From positions 4,080,001 through 4,112,000 of the forward strand of contig NZ_CP015137.1 of NCBI RefSeq assembly GCF_001644705.1: DNA of 32,000 bases, read 5' to 3'. The notes under the pieces are model-generated. The model worked only from the letters and a program-made list of their open reading frames with translations, was not told where the DNA came from and ran no database searches. The stretch comes from Dickeya solani IPO 2222. Lineage in GTDB: Bacteria; Pseudomonadota; Gammaproteobacteria; Enterobacterales; Enterobacteriaceae. Of this stretch, positions 6,887 to 16,482 are shown in pieces; position 1 is the first letter of the stretch, and each line of letters opens with the position of its first letter. A program made the translations under genes and the position numbers.

Positions 6887-7948
6887 TCAATGAACCAGAC
6901 GTTGGATGCCGTCGCGCGCCAGCGCGTAATCACCACATTTTTGATAGAACTCCAGCGCTTTCTGCTTCATGCCGACACACTCCAGAATAACACCAATATT
7001 ATAATTGGCTTTATAGGTGTTCACGCCTTCTTTATTCCCAGGCGGCATCTTTGTACAGTGGGTAAATAAGTCAACTGCATTTTGAAGTTGACCATTATTC
7101 ATCAAAATTAATGCCTTTAAAAATATAAAGTCAGTGGACGAATAATGAGATTCATAATGAAGAATATCCATAGCTGTCGCATAATCGCCTTGATTGATCA
7201 GCGCATAACCATAGGTTTCGACCAGGTCTTCAGTATATTCGTACGTGAAGTTGGTTTCAAAACGCAAAGCTTGCCGGAAATAGTCAATCGCAGAGGAATA
7301 GTCTCGCTTCAGGTAATAACTTTTTCCCAGTTGAAACAGCAGGTAAGGATCGTCTGGCTGCATCTCAAGCGCCTGTTTCAGCAGGGTGATATTTCGTGAA
7401 ACTTTATCGGTTTCCTGCAATATTTCTTTTTTATACCCCACATGGTTCAGCCGTATCGGGGCGGTAAATGAGGTGATGGGCGACGTGCTGATTTCCCGCG
7501 GCGTAACCTGCTCATGAATAATACCGCTGTAATGGTAACGATCTTTATGGAATAAACGGTTAATCGATTCCCGGACGGTGGTGGTATCGGTTCCTTCGTC
7601 CAGATAATTGAGGCGTTCCACGCGGCCAATCGCCTGCGGGTGTGTTTTTATCAGTGCGTATAGTGCATCGATATCAATGGATTCGATTTCTTCATCGGCA
7701 TCGATCACTAGTACCCAATCGTGACGGGCATAATCCAGCGATGCATTGCGCGCGGCGGAGAAATCAGCTACCCATTCGAAATCATGGATATTGGTTGTGA
7801 ACTGGCCGGCGATAGCCCTGGAATTATCGGTGGAGCCGGTATCGACAATAACGATATCGTCAAAATGGGCGGCGATGGACGCCAGCGTGCCGGCAAGATG
7901 CCTGGCTTCGTTTTTGATTATCATGCAGACGGAAATCATTATTTTCAC
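6887..7948 (-). CDS. Family 2 glycosyltransferase with a C-terminal TPR repeat domain
   Basis: The N-terminus (ISVCMIIKNEARHLAGTLASI...DDIVIVDTGSTDNS...VLVIDADEEI) shows GT-A/GT2 features, including a DxD-like DAD. The C-terminus has TPR-like repeats (PYLLFQLGKSYYLKRDYSSAIDYFRQAL..., YGYALINQGDYATAMDIL, YNIGVILECVGMKQKALEFYQKC). The track start at 7948 is GTG; an ATG at 7939 is an alternative. Confidence 0.85.
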   Translation of the reverse strand: MKIMISVCMIIKNEARHLAGTLASIAAHFDDIVIVDTGSTDNSRAIAGQFTTNIHDFEWVADFSAARNASLDYARHDWVLVIDADEEIESIDIDALYALIKTHPQAIGRVERLNYLDEGTDTTTVRESINRLFHKDRYHYSGIIHEQVTPREISTSPITSFTAPIRLNHVGYKKEILQETDKVSRNITLLKQALEMQPDDPYLLFQLGKSYYLKRDYSSAIDYFRQALRFETNFTYEYTEDLVETYGYALINQGDYATAMDILHYESHYSSTDFIFLKALILMNNGQLQNAVDLFTHCTKMPPGNKEGVNTYKANYNIGVILECVGMKQKALEFYQKCGDYALARDGIQRLVH

Positions 7949-8055
7949 CCGCCGGAAAAAAGTTTGATGATGTCAAGGCGACCAGAGGAAACCGTTGACG
8001 AAACATGAATGCGTCAGTCTTGCCTTATTCACCAAACGATGAATGCGGCCGGTGG

Positions 8056-8451
8056 TCACAATAACGGAACCGGGCGCCCTTCGTCATTGACCGCCACAAA
8101 ATTAAACTGACCGGTAATCACTTTGGTACGGCCTTCGGCGTACATCTGCTCCAGATACACCGACACATCCACCGTCAGGCTGGTGCGTCCGACCCGGCTG
8201 ACCTGCCCGACCAGCTCCACAATGGTGCCTGAAGGGATAGGGGTACTGAAGTTGATCTTTTCGGTGGAGACGGTGACCAGCGGTTTATGGCAGAAACGGG
8301 TGGCGGTAATAAACGAGATTTCATCCATCCACGCCAGTGCGGTGCCGCCAAACAGCGTCGAATGGTGGTTGATATTGGTGGGGAAGACCACTTTGGCGAC
8401 CCGGGTGATGGAATGCTGAATACGCTCTTCAATAATTAAGGATTGCGTCAT
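8056..8451 (-). CDS. Hotdog-fold acyl-CoA thioesterase (YciA/BFIT-like)
   Basis: 131 aa. FPTNINHHSTLFGGTALAWMDEISFITATRF...VTVSTEKINFSTPIPSGTIVELVGQVSRVGRTSLTV resembles the YciA-type 4HBT thioesterase pattern. Confidence 0.8.
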   Translation of the reverse strand: MTQSLIIEERIQHSITRVAKVVFPTNINHHSTLFGGTALAWMDEISFITATRFCHKPLVTVSTEKINFSTPIPSGTIVELVGQVSRVGRTSLTVDVSVYLEQMYAEGRTKVITGQFNFVAVNDEGRPVPLL

Positions 8452-8521
8452 GATACGGCGACCTTGTGGATAATCAGAACACTCTCATCTTACATCAATT
8501 CTATCCCCGGCGGGACTCCGC

Positions 8522-9280
8522 CTAGGTAGCCTGCCCGCAGATGTCGCAGTCCGGATTTTTCGGCAATCGCATTTCGCGAAATTGCATCGTCATGGCGTCA
8601 AACAGCAGCAGTTTCCCCGCCAGCGGCTGACCATATTGTGTCAGCAGTTTGATGGTTTCCAGCGCTTGCAATGAGCCGATCACGCCGACCAGCGGCGCCA
8701 TGACGCCGGCTTCGACGCAGGTTAGTGCGCTGTCGCCAAACAGACGGCTGAGACAGCGGTAGCAAGGCTCCTCCGGCTGATAGGTAAAGACGCTGATTTG
8801 CCCCTCCATCCGAATCGCCGCGCCGGACACCAGCGGCGTTTTGTGCATAAAGCAGAGACGGTTGAGCCGATCGCGAATCGACACGTTGTCGGTACAATCC
8901 ACCACCGCATCGTGTTGCATCACTAGCGCCAGCAGCGCGTCATCGTCCAGATTGTCCTGAACCGGCGTGATATGCACATGCGGATTGATACCCTGCAAGG
9001 TCAGGCGGGCGGATTCCACCTTCGGCATGCCGATACGATCATCGCGGTGCAGCACCTGACGTTGCAGGTTGGACAATGAAACGGTATCAAAATCCAGCAG
9101 GGTCAACCGGCCGACACCCGCTGAGGCCAGATACTGTGCGGCGGCGCAACCCAGGCCGCCCAGCCCAACTATCAATACCTGCGCGGCTTTCAGGCGTTCC
9201 TGCGCATCAAAATCGAATCCGCGCAGGACGATTTGCCGGTTATAGCGCAGGGTTTCTTCATCGGTCAGTTCAGGCAACAT
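8522..9280 (-). CDS. moeB: Molybdopterin-synthase adenylyltransferase MoeB
   Basis: 252 aa. YNRQIVLRGFDFDAQERLK...VLIVGLGGLGCAAAQYLASAGVG..LTLLDFDTVSLSNLQRQ plus C-terminal CxxC pairs (CYRC, CDIC). The start overlaps the moeA stop (TGATG). Confidence 0.95.
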   Translation of the reverse strand: MLPELTDEETLRYNRQIVLRGFDFDAQERLKAAQVLIVGLGGLGCAAAQYLASAGVGRLTLLDFDTVSLSNLQRQVLHRDDRIGMPKVESARLTLQGINPHVHITPVQDNLDDDALLALVMQHDAVVDCTDNVSIRDRLNRLCFMHKTPLVSGAAIRMEGQISVFTYQPEEPCYRCLSRLFGDSALTCVEAGVMAPLVGVIGSLQALETIKLLTQYGQPLAGKLLLFDAMTMQFREMRLPKNPDCDICGQAT

Positions 9281-10515
9281 CAGTAGTGACTCTGCAACAG
9301 CGGGTTAAACGGTTCAACGTCCACCCATTCGCCTGCTTCCACCCGGGCGCGTTCGGCTTCCAGCACGATGAAGCAGTTGCCCTGGCTGAATGAACTGAAC
9401 ACATGGGACCCCTGATGCCCGGTGGTGCGTACTTCCAGGTCGCCTTCGGCGGTGCGGGCCAGAATGCCGCGCTGGAAGTCCAGACGACCGGGCGATTTCT
9501 TCAACGGCGTCGCCGTCTTAACCCGGAAACGCGCCGGCAACGACCAGTCGGTATGGCCGGATAAACGCGCCAGCAACGGCTGCACCAGTTGATAAAAGGT
9601 GACGGCGGCGGACACCGGGTTACCCGGCAGCCCGCAGAACCAGGCGTGATTCAGCTTGCCGAAGGCAAACGGCTTGCCGGGCTTGATCGCCAGTTTCCAG
9701 AAGTGGATATCGCCCAGCGTTTCCAGCATCTGTTTGGTGTAATCCGCTTCACCTACCGACACGCCGCCGCTGCTGATTACCACGTCGGCAGCTTGATCCG
9801 CCTGCTGAAACGCCTGACGCAGCGCGGCCGGGTCATCACGCACGATGCCGAGGTCGATCACGTCATAGCCCAACTGCTCCAGCATCAGACGTACGGCAAA
9901 GCGGTTGGTATCGTAAATCTGCCCTGCCTGTAATGGCTCGCCGACCGGCTGCAATTCGTCGCCGGTGGAAAACAGCGCTACCCGCAAACGGCGCATCACG
10001 TCGACCGCGCTGATACCGAGCGACGCCAGCAGCGGCAATTCTGCCGTGCCCAGTCGGGTGCCGGCTGGCAGCACCTGGGCCTGACGGCGGATATCCTCAC
10101 CGGTGCGGCGGATGTTTTGGCCCGGTTTAACCGCACGGGTGAAATGGACCCGGCCATCGGCATCGCTTTCCGTGTCCTCTTGCATCACAACCGCGTCGGC
10201 GCCGGTGGGAATCGGCGCGCCGGTCATGATGCGGATGCAACTGCCCGCCGGCCAGTCGGCGTCAAACGGCGCGCCGGCAAACGCTTTTCCCGCTACCGGC
10301 AACGGCTGGCCGGTCAGTTCATGGCAGCGCACGGCGTAGCCGTCCATCGCAGAATTGTCGAACGGGGGCACATCAAGGGGGGAGGTCACCGCTGTCGCCG
10401 TGATGCGACCGGCGGCCTGATAAATCGACACCGTTTCTGTGGCGGTGAGTGGTGAAACCTGCGCCAGCATGGTTTGCAGCGCCTGTTCCAGAGAGAGTAA
10501 ACCCGAAGTATCCAT
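9280..10515 (-). CDS. moeA: Molybdopterin molybdotransferase MoeA
   Basis: 411 aa from the ATG at 10515 (GGAG lies 5 nt upstream), the same length as E. coli MoeA. Motifs include [23 protein letters not shown] and [11 protein letters not shown]. The track ORF extends 17 codons further upstream. Confidence 0.95.
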   Translation of the reverse strand: MDTSGLLSLEQALQTMLAQVSPLTATETVSIYQAAGRITATAVTSPLDVPPFDNSAMDGYAVRCHELTGQPLPVAGKAFAGAPFDADWPAGSCIRIMTGAPIPTGADAVVMQEDTESDADGRVHFTRAVKPGQNIRRTGEDIRRQAQVLPAGTRLGTAELPLLASLGISAVDVMRRLRVALFSTGDELQPVGEPLQAGQIYDTNRFAVRLMLEQLGYDVIDLGIVRDDPAALRQAFQQADQAADVVISSGGVSVGEADYTKQMLETLGDIHFWKLAIKPGKPFAFGKLNHAWFCGLPGNPVSAAVTFYQLVQPLLARLSGHTDWSLPARFRVKTATPLKKSPGRLDFQRGILARTAEGDLEVRTTGHQGSHVFSSFSQGNCFIVLEAERARVEAGEWVDVEPFNPLLQSHY

Positions 10516-10574
10516 GACAGCTCCACAGTTCTGTTCGCCGCATCGTGGGGCGGGCAGAACAGGCATAGTATTTT

Positions 10575-10608
10575 AAACAGACATAGCATTTAAAACAGAC
10601 ATAGCATT
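10575..10608. repeat. Two perfect 16-bp direct repeats (aaacagacatagcatt) with 18-bp period, upstream of moeA
   Basis: Copies at 10575-10590 and 10593-10608, 60-93 bp upstream of the moeA start. Confidence 0.6.
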
Positions 10609-10683
10609 GATGTGTCTATAGGTTGCCATTATGGCAGAAATCGCCGGGCGGGAGAATTGAGGCGTGTCAGAGAGATAAGGGAT

Positions 10684-10707
10684 AAAAAAACGCGGCCGAA
10701 GCCGCGT
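10684..10707 (-). terminator. Rho-independent terminator of maeA
   Basis: The minus strand reads acgcggc-ttcg-gccgcgt followed by ttttttt, about 45 nt after the maeA stop. Confidence 0.8.
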
Positions 10708-10752
10708 CTGAGAGGACGATCGCCCTGAAACCAGCGCGATCGCAAAGCGCAA

Positions 10753-12450
10753 TCAGAAAGAGGTGCGCTTGTAGGTGCGGTACTGCGGCTGCCAGAAATT
10801 GTGGGCAATCGCTTTCACCAACGCATCTTCGGAGGTCACTTCCGCAACGCCTTGCAACTGGGCGGCTTTAGCCACTTCCAGCGCAATGCGCTTGGATACG
10901 TCCTGAATGGTGCTCACTTCCGGCAACAACGGACCTTCACCCTGGTTTGCCAGCGGTGAACAGTCGGCCAGCGCGCGGCTGGAGGCCATCAGCATGCCGT
11001 CGGTGATGCGCTTGGCGCCACAGGCCAGTACGCCCAGACCGATGCCGGGGAAAATGTAGGAGTTGTTGCACTGTGGGATCGGGTAAACCTTGTCTTTGTG
11101 CTGTACCGGGGCAAACGGGCTACCGGTTGCTACCAGTGCGGCGCCGTCGGTCCAACGGATGATGTCTTCCGGGCGAGCTTCCACGCGGGACGTCGGGTTG
11201 GACAGCGGCATCACGATCGGACGGGCGCAGTGGCTGTGCATTTCACGGATGAGCTCTTCCGTGAACAGACCCGGCTGGCCGGATACGCCGATCAGGATGG
11301 TCGGTTTGCCGTTACGCATAACGTCCATCAGGGAGATGGCGTCGCTGGTGATGTCCCATTTGGCCAAATTGTCGCTTTTCTGCACCAGTTTGCTCTGGAA
11401 GTCGAGCAGGTTCGGCAGTTTGTCGGTCAACAGGCCAAAACGGTCCACCATGAATACGCGGGCGCGGGCTTCTTCATCGCTCAGGCCTTCGGATTTCATC
11501 TGGGCGATGATCTGCTCGGCGATGCCGCAACCGGCGGAACCGGCGCCAAGGAAGGCCACGGTCTGGTCGCGCAGCTGGCTGCCGGCCGCGCGGCTGGCGG
11601 CGATCAGGCTGCCCAGCGCCACGGCGGCGGTACCCTGAATGTCGTCGTTGAAGCTACAGATTTCGTCGCGGTAGCGGTTCAGCAGCGGCATGGCGTTGTT
11701 CTGGGCGAAGTCTTCAAACTGCAGCAGCACGTTCGGCCAGCGGCGTTTCACCGCCTGAATGAATTCGTTCACGAACTCATAGTATTCGTCGCCGGTAATG
11801 CGCGGGTGACGCCAGCCCATGTACAGCGGGTCGTTGAGCAGTTGCGGGTTGTTGGTACCGACATCCAGCACCACCGGCAGGGTATATGCCGGGCTGATGC
11901 CGCCGCAGGCGGTGTACAGCGACAGTTTACCAATCGGAATACCCATACCGCCGATGCCCTGGTCGCCCAGACCGAGGATACGCTCGCCGTCCGTCACCAC
12001 GATGACTTTTACGTTTTGTTTGGTGGCGTTTTGCAGCATATCGTCGATATGTTCGCGGTTGGGGTAGGAGATAAACAGGCCGCGGGCACGACGGTAAATG
12101 TCGGAGAAATGTTCACAGGCGGCGCCTACCGTCGGCGTATAAATGATAGGCATCATTTCGCTGAGGTGGTTTTCCAGCAGACGGTAGAACAGGGTTTCGT
12201 TGGTGTCCTGAATGTTACGCAGGTACACGTGCTTTTCCATGTCGTTCTTGAATTCCTGATACTGCCGCCAGGCGCGCTCCGCCTGTTCTTCAATGGTTTC
12301 CACCGCTTCAGGCAGCAGGCCATGCAGGTTGAAATGGGCGCGCTCCGCCTCGGTAAAGGCGCTGCCTTTGTTCAGCAGGGGAAATTCGAGCAGGATAGGA
12401 CCGGCATAAGGGATATAAAGCGGGCGTTTACTTTCGTATTCCAATTCCAT
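10753..12450 (-). CDS. maeA: NAD-dependent malic enzyme
   Basis: 565 aa, the same length as E. coli MaeA/SfcA. The N-terminus is [37 protein letters not shown], with malic-enzyme signatures throughout. Confidence 0.95.
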   Translation of the reverse strand: MELEYESKRPLYIPYAGPILLEFPLLNKGSAFTEAERAHFNLHGLLPEAVETIEEQAERAWRQYQEFKNDMEKHVYLRNIQDTNETLFYRLLENHLSEMMPIIYTPTVGAACEHFSDIYRRARGLFISYPNREHIDDMLQNATKQNVKVIVVTDGERILGLGDQGIGGMGIPIGKLSLYTACGGISPAYTLPVVLDVGTNNPQLLNDPLYMGWRHPRITGDEYYEFVNEFIQAVKRRWPNVLLQFEDFAQNNAMPLLNRYRDEICSFNDDIQGTAAVALGSLIAASRAAGSQLRDQTVAFLGAGSAGCGIAEQIIAQMKSEGLSDEEARARVFMVDRFGLLTDKLPNLLDFQSKLVQKSDNLAKWDITSDAISLMDVMRNGKPTILIGVSGQPGLFTEELIREMHSHCARPIVMPLSNPTSRVEARPEDIIRWTDGAALVATGSPFAPVQHKDKVYPIPQCNNSYIFPGIGLGVLACGAKRITDGMLMASSRALADCSPLANQGEGPLLPEVSTIQDVSKRIALEVAKAAQLQGVAEVTSEDALVKAIAHNFWQPQYRTYKRTSF

Positions 12451-12691
12451 GACTTTTGACTCTTTGGGTAGCGGAAATCGGTTCGAAGAACCAACGAAAC
12501 GATAGGATAACGCGGATCTTAAAGTACCCTAAAAATATGTACAGGGATTGTTAATTAAAATAATTACAGATGACTTGCATATGAAAAATATGTGGGGAAA
12601 GTCACATATTATGCCGCTTCCGCTGGAAAAAGAGGGAGATAAGGTGGCCGGTCGTACTCACATGGCGTGAATTTTCCACCACCGGATCGAA

Positions 12692-12725
12692 GACGCGCCG
12701 CCATACGAACGTCAGGCGGCGCGTC
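12692..12725 (-). terminator. 11-bp GC-rich hairpin just after the cdd stop
   Basis: gacgcgccgcc and ggcggcgcgtc with a 12-nt loop, 6 nt downstream of the stop. Only a weak T-tract (ttcgat) follows. Confidence 0.45.
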
Positions 12726-12730
12726 ATGCT

Positions 12731-13618
12731 TCAGTGTGCCAGTTCACGGCACACATCGGTGCAGCCGAATGACGCCAGCAACGGTTGGGCCAGGCTCCAC
12801 TGGCTGAGCGCCACATGGCTGGATTCCACCAAAACCGCACGCTGGATATCGCTGAACGCTTCGCCGGCCAGATTGACCAGATTCAGCGCCGCCTGCAATG
12901 GCGGCAAACTGGGGTTGAACGCGGCGTTTTCCGCATAACGCCCGGCGTAGCGGTGGCCGTGACGGGTTTCCAGCGCGATGCCGCTGAAGGCTTTACTGTA
13001 CGGCGCATGGCTGCGGTTGGCCGCCGCCAGCGCCAACTGACGCAGCGTATCGTCTGTCGTCAGCGTCAAGCCGTTATCGATGTTATCCATCAGTAAGGTG
13101 TTAATCGCCAGATCGCGCGGGCCAAACGCATCCGGCAGGTAGTGGCCGAGCAGGGCGGGTGAACGCCCCGGCAGACAGATCCGCAGTTCGGGCGCGCTAT
13201 TCAGCTCGTTCATGAACTGGCGGCAGTGCCCACAGGGCGTGTAGTTGACCGTCACCGCCCGCAGCGCGGGTTCGTCGCGCAGCCAGGCGTGACCGATCGC
13301 GCTTTGCTCGGCGTGGACGGTCTGTTGCAGCGGCAGGCCGTCAAACTCCATATTGGCGCCCCAATAGAAGGCGCCGCTGACGCCCTGAGCTATCGCGCCG
13401 ACGTGAAAGTGAGACACCGGCGTCAGCGCGCAGGCGGCGGCCAGCGGCAGCAGGGCGAAAGCCAGGCCGTCGGCGTCGAGCTGGCATTGGGCGCAAATTC
13501 TGCCGACATCCTCGGCGCTCAGCATGGCGGCAAAATCATCACGCGCCAGTATCGGCGCTAGCGCGGCTTGCAGCACCGCAGGCAGTTGCGTGAAAGCGTC
13601 GTGAAAACGTGCTTGCAT
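12731..13618 (-). CDS. cdd: Cytidine deaminase
   Basis: 295 aa from the ATG at 13618 ([13 protein letters not shown]... versus E. coli MHPRFQTAFAQLA...). Zinc site motifs are HAEQSAI and [13 protein letters not shown], and the tandem CDA-domain layout is present. Confidence 0.95.
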   Translation of the reverse strand: MQARFHDAFTQLPAVLQAALAPILARDDFAAMLSAEDVGRICAQCQLDADGLAFALLPLAAACALTPVSHFHVGAIAQGVSGAFYWGANMEFDGLPLQQTVHAEQSAIGHAWLRDEPALRAVTVNYTPCGHCRQFMNELNSAPELRICLPGRSPALLGHYLPDAFGPRDLAINTLLMDNIDNGLTLTTDDTLRQLALAAANRSHAPYSKAFSGIALETRHGHRYAGRYAENAAFNPSLPPLQAALNLVNLAGEAFSDIQRAVLVESSHVALSQWSLAQPLLASFGCTDVCRELAH

Positions 13619-13685
13619 GATGGTCTCTCTTTCCCGGTTTGCAGGGCGTGTTAACCAGAGCCTGGTCTGACACGCGGCGATCATT

Positions 13686-13733
13686 TGTGATTATTATCAC
13701 TTTTTATATGAAACAGATGAAAAAGAAATCACA
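13686..13733. promoter_or_regulatory. Two CRP-like sites in the cdd upstream region
   Basis: TGTGAttattaTCACT (13686-13701) and TGAAAaagaaaTCACA (13718-13733), compared with the consensus TGTGA-N6-TCACA. Their centres lie about 75 and 107 bp upstream of the cdd ATG. E. coli cdd is a known CRP/CytR-regulated promoter. Confidence 0.5.
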
Positions 13734-13808
13734 AATGCGAGATGTATCTCAAGTTTATCCGTGCAAGCCAGGCTGGCGGTGCGGCGGCGGTTATACGCCG
13801 CCATCTAG

Positions 13809-15128
13809 TCATGCCGCTTCATTTCTCTGCTGAATAATCGCATCTATTTTTTGTGCGAGTCTTTTCGCCTGATCAACCACTTCCGTTGCGCTCAGCCCGT
13901 ATTGATGGCTAAGTGTTTTCCAGTCATAAGCTCGGGATTTTCTTCCTTCAGGAAAGTGTTGATAGAGCAAATCGCTGAACGTGGAGTGCGAAGAGGAGAA
14001 GGCTTCATTCAAATAGGCTTCGGCATAGAACACTCGCAAGCCGAAGCGATGACGGGCGTTTTCGCTTTTTTCTCTGAAAATATTCACGTAGATAGGCCAG
14101 TACGTTTCCGCGCTGATTTCCCGCATGGCGTCGGTGATAAAATTGAACCAGGTACGACTGATTTGCAGATTGTACGACCCGTCATCACCCTGTAAATCCG
14201 GCAGGGTTTTCTTGATGTTAACCAGCACGCCGGCGATCCCGCGGGATTGGATCAGCTTGTCGCAGAGCGGGCGATGTTGTTGCAGGAACAACAGTATTTC
14301 GGCGTCTATACCGGTAAATGTGCTGGCGCGCCACTGGACAGGCGACTGATCTCTTTGTTGGTAAAAGTGTTCCACCAGCGGCGCATAGCGGATTGCCAGC
14401 GTAGCGGAAAGTTCGGAGATTTTTTGCTCAACCGGGCTTTGCCAGTCGGTCTGTTTCTGGCAGTACGACAACAGCAGTTGCACTGCGGCATGATGATTTT
14501 CAGATTGCAGGCGGGCGCGATACGCCGCCTTATCCAGCCACTGATAGTTCATAAATACCCAGCGATTGGCCTGGCTGACAAAGGCGTTATCGGCTGACGG
14601 ATTAAACCATTTGTCGATGGCGACAAACAGGAATTTATAGCCATGAAAGCAGGCGTTGCGTGCCAGCGCGTTTTTCACCGCGGCGTGATAGTCGTTAAGT
14701 TGGGCGACATCGGGGGTTGAGCCGGCTTTATTTTCTATCGTGACAATGAATTTGTTTTGCAGGTCGATTAAAAACAGGTCAAGACGACGGCGACCTCCGA
14801 CAGGATCGATAATGCTGAATTCCCGACAGACAAAGAGCGAACCAAAACTGGCCTGATGGATTACACCGGGGGTCCAGACGTGGAAGAATTTTTTATTGTC
14901 GTATTTATGCTCCGCGCTGGCGTAATAGGCGGCGGTCAGAAAATCTTTAATTATCGCGTCTCGCTGACCGTGCCCTTCATTCGGATTCAGGCACCAGGCC
15001 AGCATATGGGAGTGCTGATTTTCCGTTAGTGTGATGACATCAAGGATGTCATCCGATGTCTTGAGCAACTCTTGTAACTCGATGAAATGTTTATCTTCAA
15101 GAAAGGTATAAAAGGTATGTTCGTCCAT
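13809..15128 (-). CDS. 439-aa PD-(D/E)xK nuclease superfamily protein (PDDEXK_4-like), uncharacterised
   Basis: ORF 13809..15350, trimmed to the ATG at 15128 because the upstream 74 codons overlap the yohK 3' end. The N-terminal motif ENQHSHMLAWCLNPNEGHGQRDAIIKDFL and the core RRRLDLFLIDLQNKFIVTIENKAGS (D117, E132-x-K134, encoded at 14727-14780) fit that family. The C-terminal ~300 aa carry no motif I recognise. Confidence 0.75.
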   Translation of the reverse strand: MDEHTFYTFLEDKHFIELQELLKTSDDILDVITLTENQHSHMLAWCLNPNEGHGQRDAIIKDFLTAAYYASAEHKYDNKKFFHVWTPGVIHQASFGSLFVCREFSIIDPVGGRRRLDLFLIDLQNKFIVTIENKAGSTPDVAQLNDYHAAVKNALARNACFHGYKFLFVAIDKWFNPSADNAFVSQANRWVFMNYQWLDKAAYRARLQSENHHAAVQLLLSYCQKQTDWQSPVEQKISELSATLAIRYAPLVEHFYQQRDQSPVQWRASTFTGIDAEILLFLQQHRPLCDKLIQSRGIAGVLVNIKKTLPDLQGDDGSYNLQISRTWFNFITDAMREISAETYWPIYVNIFREKSENARHRFGLRVFYAEAYLNEAFSSSHSTFSDLLYQHFPEGRKSRAYDWKTLSHQYGLSATEVVDQAKRLAQKIDAIIQQRNEAA

Positions 15129-15229
15129 GTGCAGTCTGAATGTTTTCTTATCATGTGGTGGGAAGCAGGCCGAGCGGCGTTTCGAGGCGCGAGCCTGCTG
15201 CCTGGATGACGTTAAGGTGTCTGGCGGCG

Positions 15230-15925
15230 CTAGCCCATCAGGCGCACGATCACCGGAAACAGAAACGGGGCGATCAACGAGGTGATGATGCCGCAAATCA
15301 CCAGCGCCAGCGAACTGAAGGCGCCTTCCTGAAAGTCGACTTCCGCGCAACGGGCGGTGCCCAGCGCGTGCGATGCCGTGCCCATCGCCAGACCGCGGGC
15401 GGCTTTAGCGTGGATTTTCAGCCGGTTGAACAGGGCATGACCGAACACGGCGCCAACAATACCAACCAGAATCACGCACATGGCGCTGATGGCCGGAATG
15501 CCGCCGATGGAGCTGGCGACCGCCATGGCGATCGGCGTGGTGACCGATTTCGGCAGCACCGACGCGGCGATTTCCCGCGACGCTCCCAGCCACAAGGCGA
15601 TGACGGTGCCGGAAATAATCGCGGTGACGCTACCAATAAAACAGACGCTGATGATGGATTTCCAGCGCGCGCGAATTTGATGTAACTGTTCATACAGCGG
15701 AAACGCCAGCGCCACCACCGCCGGTTGCAACAGGCTGTTGAGAATGGCGCTGCCGCTGAAATAGTGGTTATAGGGGATATCCAGCACCAGCAGCAGCGGG
15801 ATGATCACCAGCATCGACACCAGCAACGGGTTCAGCAGCGGCATTTTCAGCGTCATCGCCACCTTGCGGGCGCCAAAGAACACCGCCAGCGTCAGCGGCA
15901 GCGACCACCACAGATAATTCAGCAT
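15230..15925 (-). CDS. yohK: LrgB/CidB family membrane protein YohK
   Basis: 231-aa polytopic membrane protein containing PKSVTTPIAMAVASSIGG, typical of LrgB. The start overlaps the yohJ stop. Confidence 0.9.
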   Translation of the reverse strand: MLNYLWWSLPLTLAVFFGARKVAMTLKMPLLNPLLVSMLVIIPLLLVLDIPYNHYFSGSAILNSLLQPAVVALAFPLYEQLHQIRARWKSIISVCFIGSVTAIISGTVIALWLGASREIAASVLPKSVTTPIAMAVASSIGGIPAISAMCVILVGIVGAVFGHALFNRLKIHAKAARGLAMGTASHALGTARCAEVDFQEGAFSSLALVICGIITSLIAPFLFPVIVRLMG

Positions 15926-16335
15926 TATTTTTCTTCCTTCGTTTCTGCACCGTTCTGGCTGCCTGCCTGCCGGTCACGGTGCATCATCTGGGTGGTGTAG
16001 CCGACGACGATCATCACTACAAAGGTGCTGACCAGACAGGAGACGACAATCGGGGCGAACTGGTCGCGTAGCACGCCATAGTAATTCATCACCCCGACCC
16101 CGATGGGCACGAACAGCAGCGCCATGTAGCGGATCAGCAGATGGCAACCGGGTTTGACCCAACCGGGAGGCAGAATCTGCGACGCCAGCAGCGCGAACAG
16201 AATCAGCATGCCGAGAATGCTGCCGGGAATGGTGATGGGAAGTAACGCGGATATCGCATTGCCGGCGAACAGACACAGATAAATCAATGCGAAAGCGCGT
16301 AAATACTGCCAGCAAAGCGTGAAGGTATTACGCAT
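15925..16335 (-). CDS. yohJ: LrgA/CidA holin-like family membrane protein YohJ (UPF0299)
   Basis: 136 aa with four predicted TM segments ([36 protein letters not shown]...). It is paired with yohK as in E. coli. Confidence 0.9.
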   Translation of the reverse strand: MRNTFTLCWQYLRAFALIYLCLFAGNAISALLPITIPGSILGMLILFALLASQILPPGWVKPGCHLLIRYMALLFVPIGVGVMNYYGVLRDQFAPIVVSCLVSTFVVMIVVGYTTQMMHRDRQAGSQNGAETKEEK

Positions 16336-16455
16336 AGGGAAAATCCTGATTAACCGTTCAGTGATGATAACGCTAATATTGTCAGTGTGCTATGGATCAC
16401 AAAACACGGCTTGTGGTTTTCCCCGGGACGATCCCGCAGCGGGTGGAAAAGGGTC

Positions 16456-16474
16456 GCCCCGGACGAGCCGGGGC
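16456..16474 (-). terminator. Hairpin after the GH3 gene (gccccgg-ctcgt-ccggggc on the minus strand)
   Basis: A 7-bp GC stem 9 nt after the stop, followed by gaccctttt. Confidence 0.45.
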
Positions 16475-16482
16475 AACGTGGG

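Noticed and set aside
6721-6936. 71-aa minus-strand ORF overlapping the GT2-TPR 3' end
   Set aside because: It overlaps the stop region and the 14-bp stem-loop. The translation is hydrophobic and low in complexity (FIFFIIYF). It is likely noise in AT-rich DNA.
8465-8473. Perfect DnaA box (TGTGGATAA) 14 bp upstream of the thioesterase start
   Set aside because: It is a single 9-mer and could occur by chance in 32 kb on two strands. There is no supporting context, unlike the paired boxes upstream of uvrB.
11098-12459. 453-aa plus-strand ORF over maeA (also 11090..11638)
   Set aside because: It is antisense to the full-length malic enzyme gene, with no motifs and a shadow-ORF composition.
15129-15350. 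N-terminal 74 codons of the 513-aa track ORF (13809..15350)
   Set aside because: This extension overlaps the 3' end of yohK and is Arg/Ser/Pro-rich. The family-typical N-terminus starts at the ATG at 15128.
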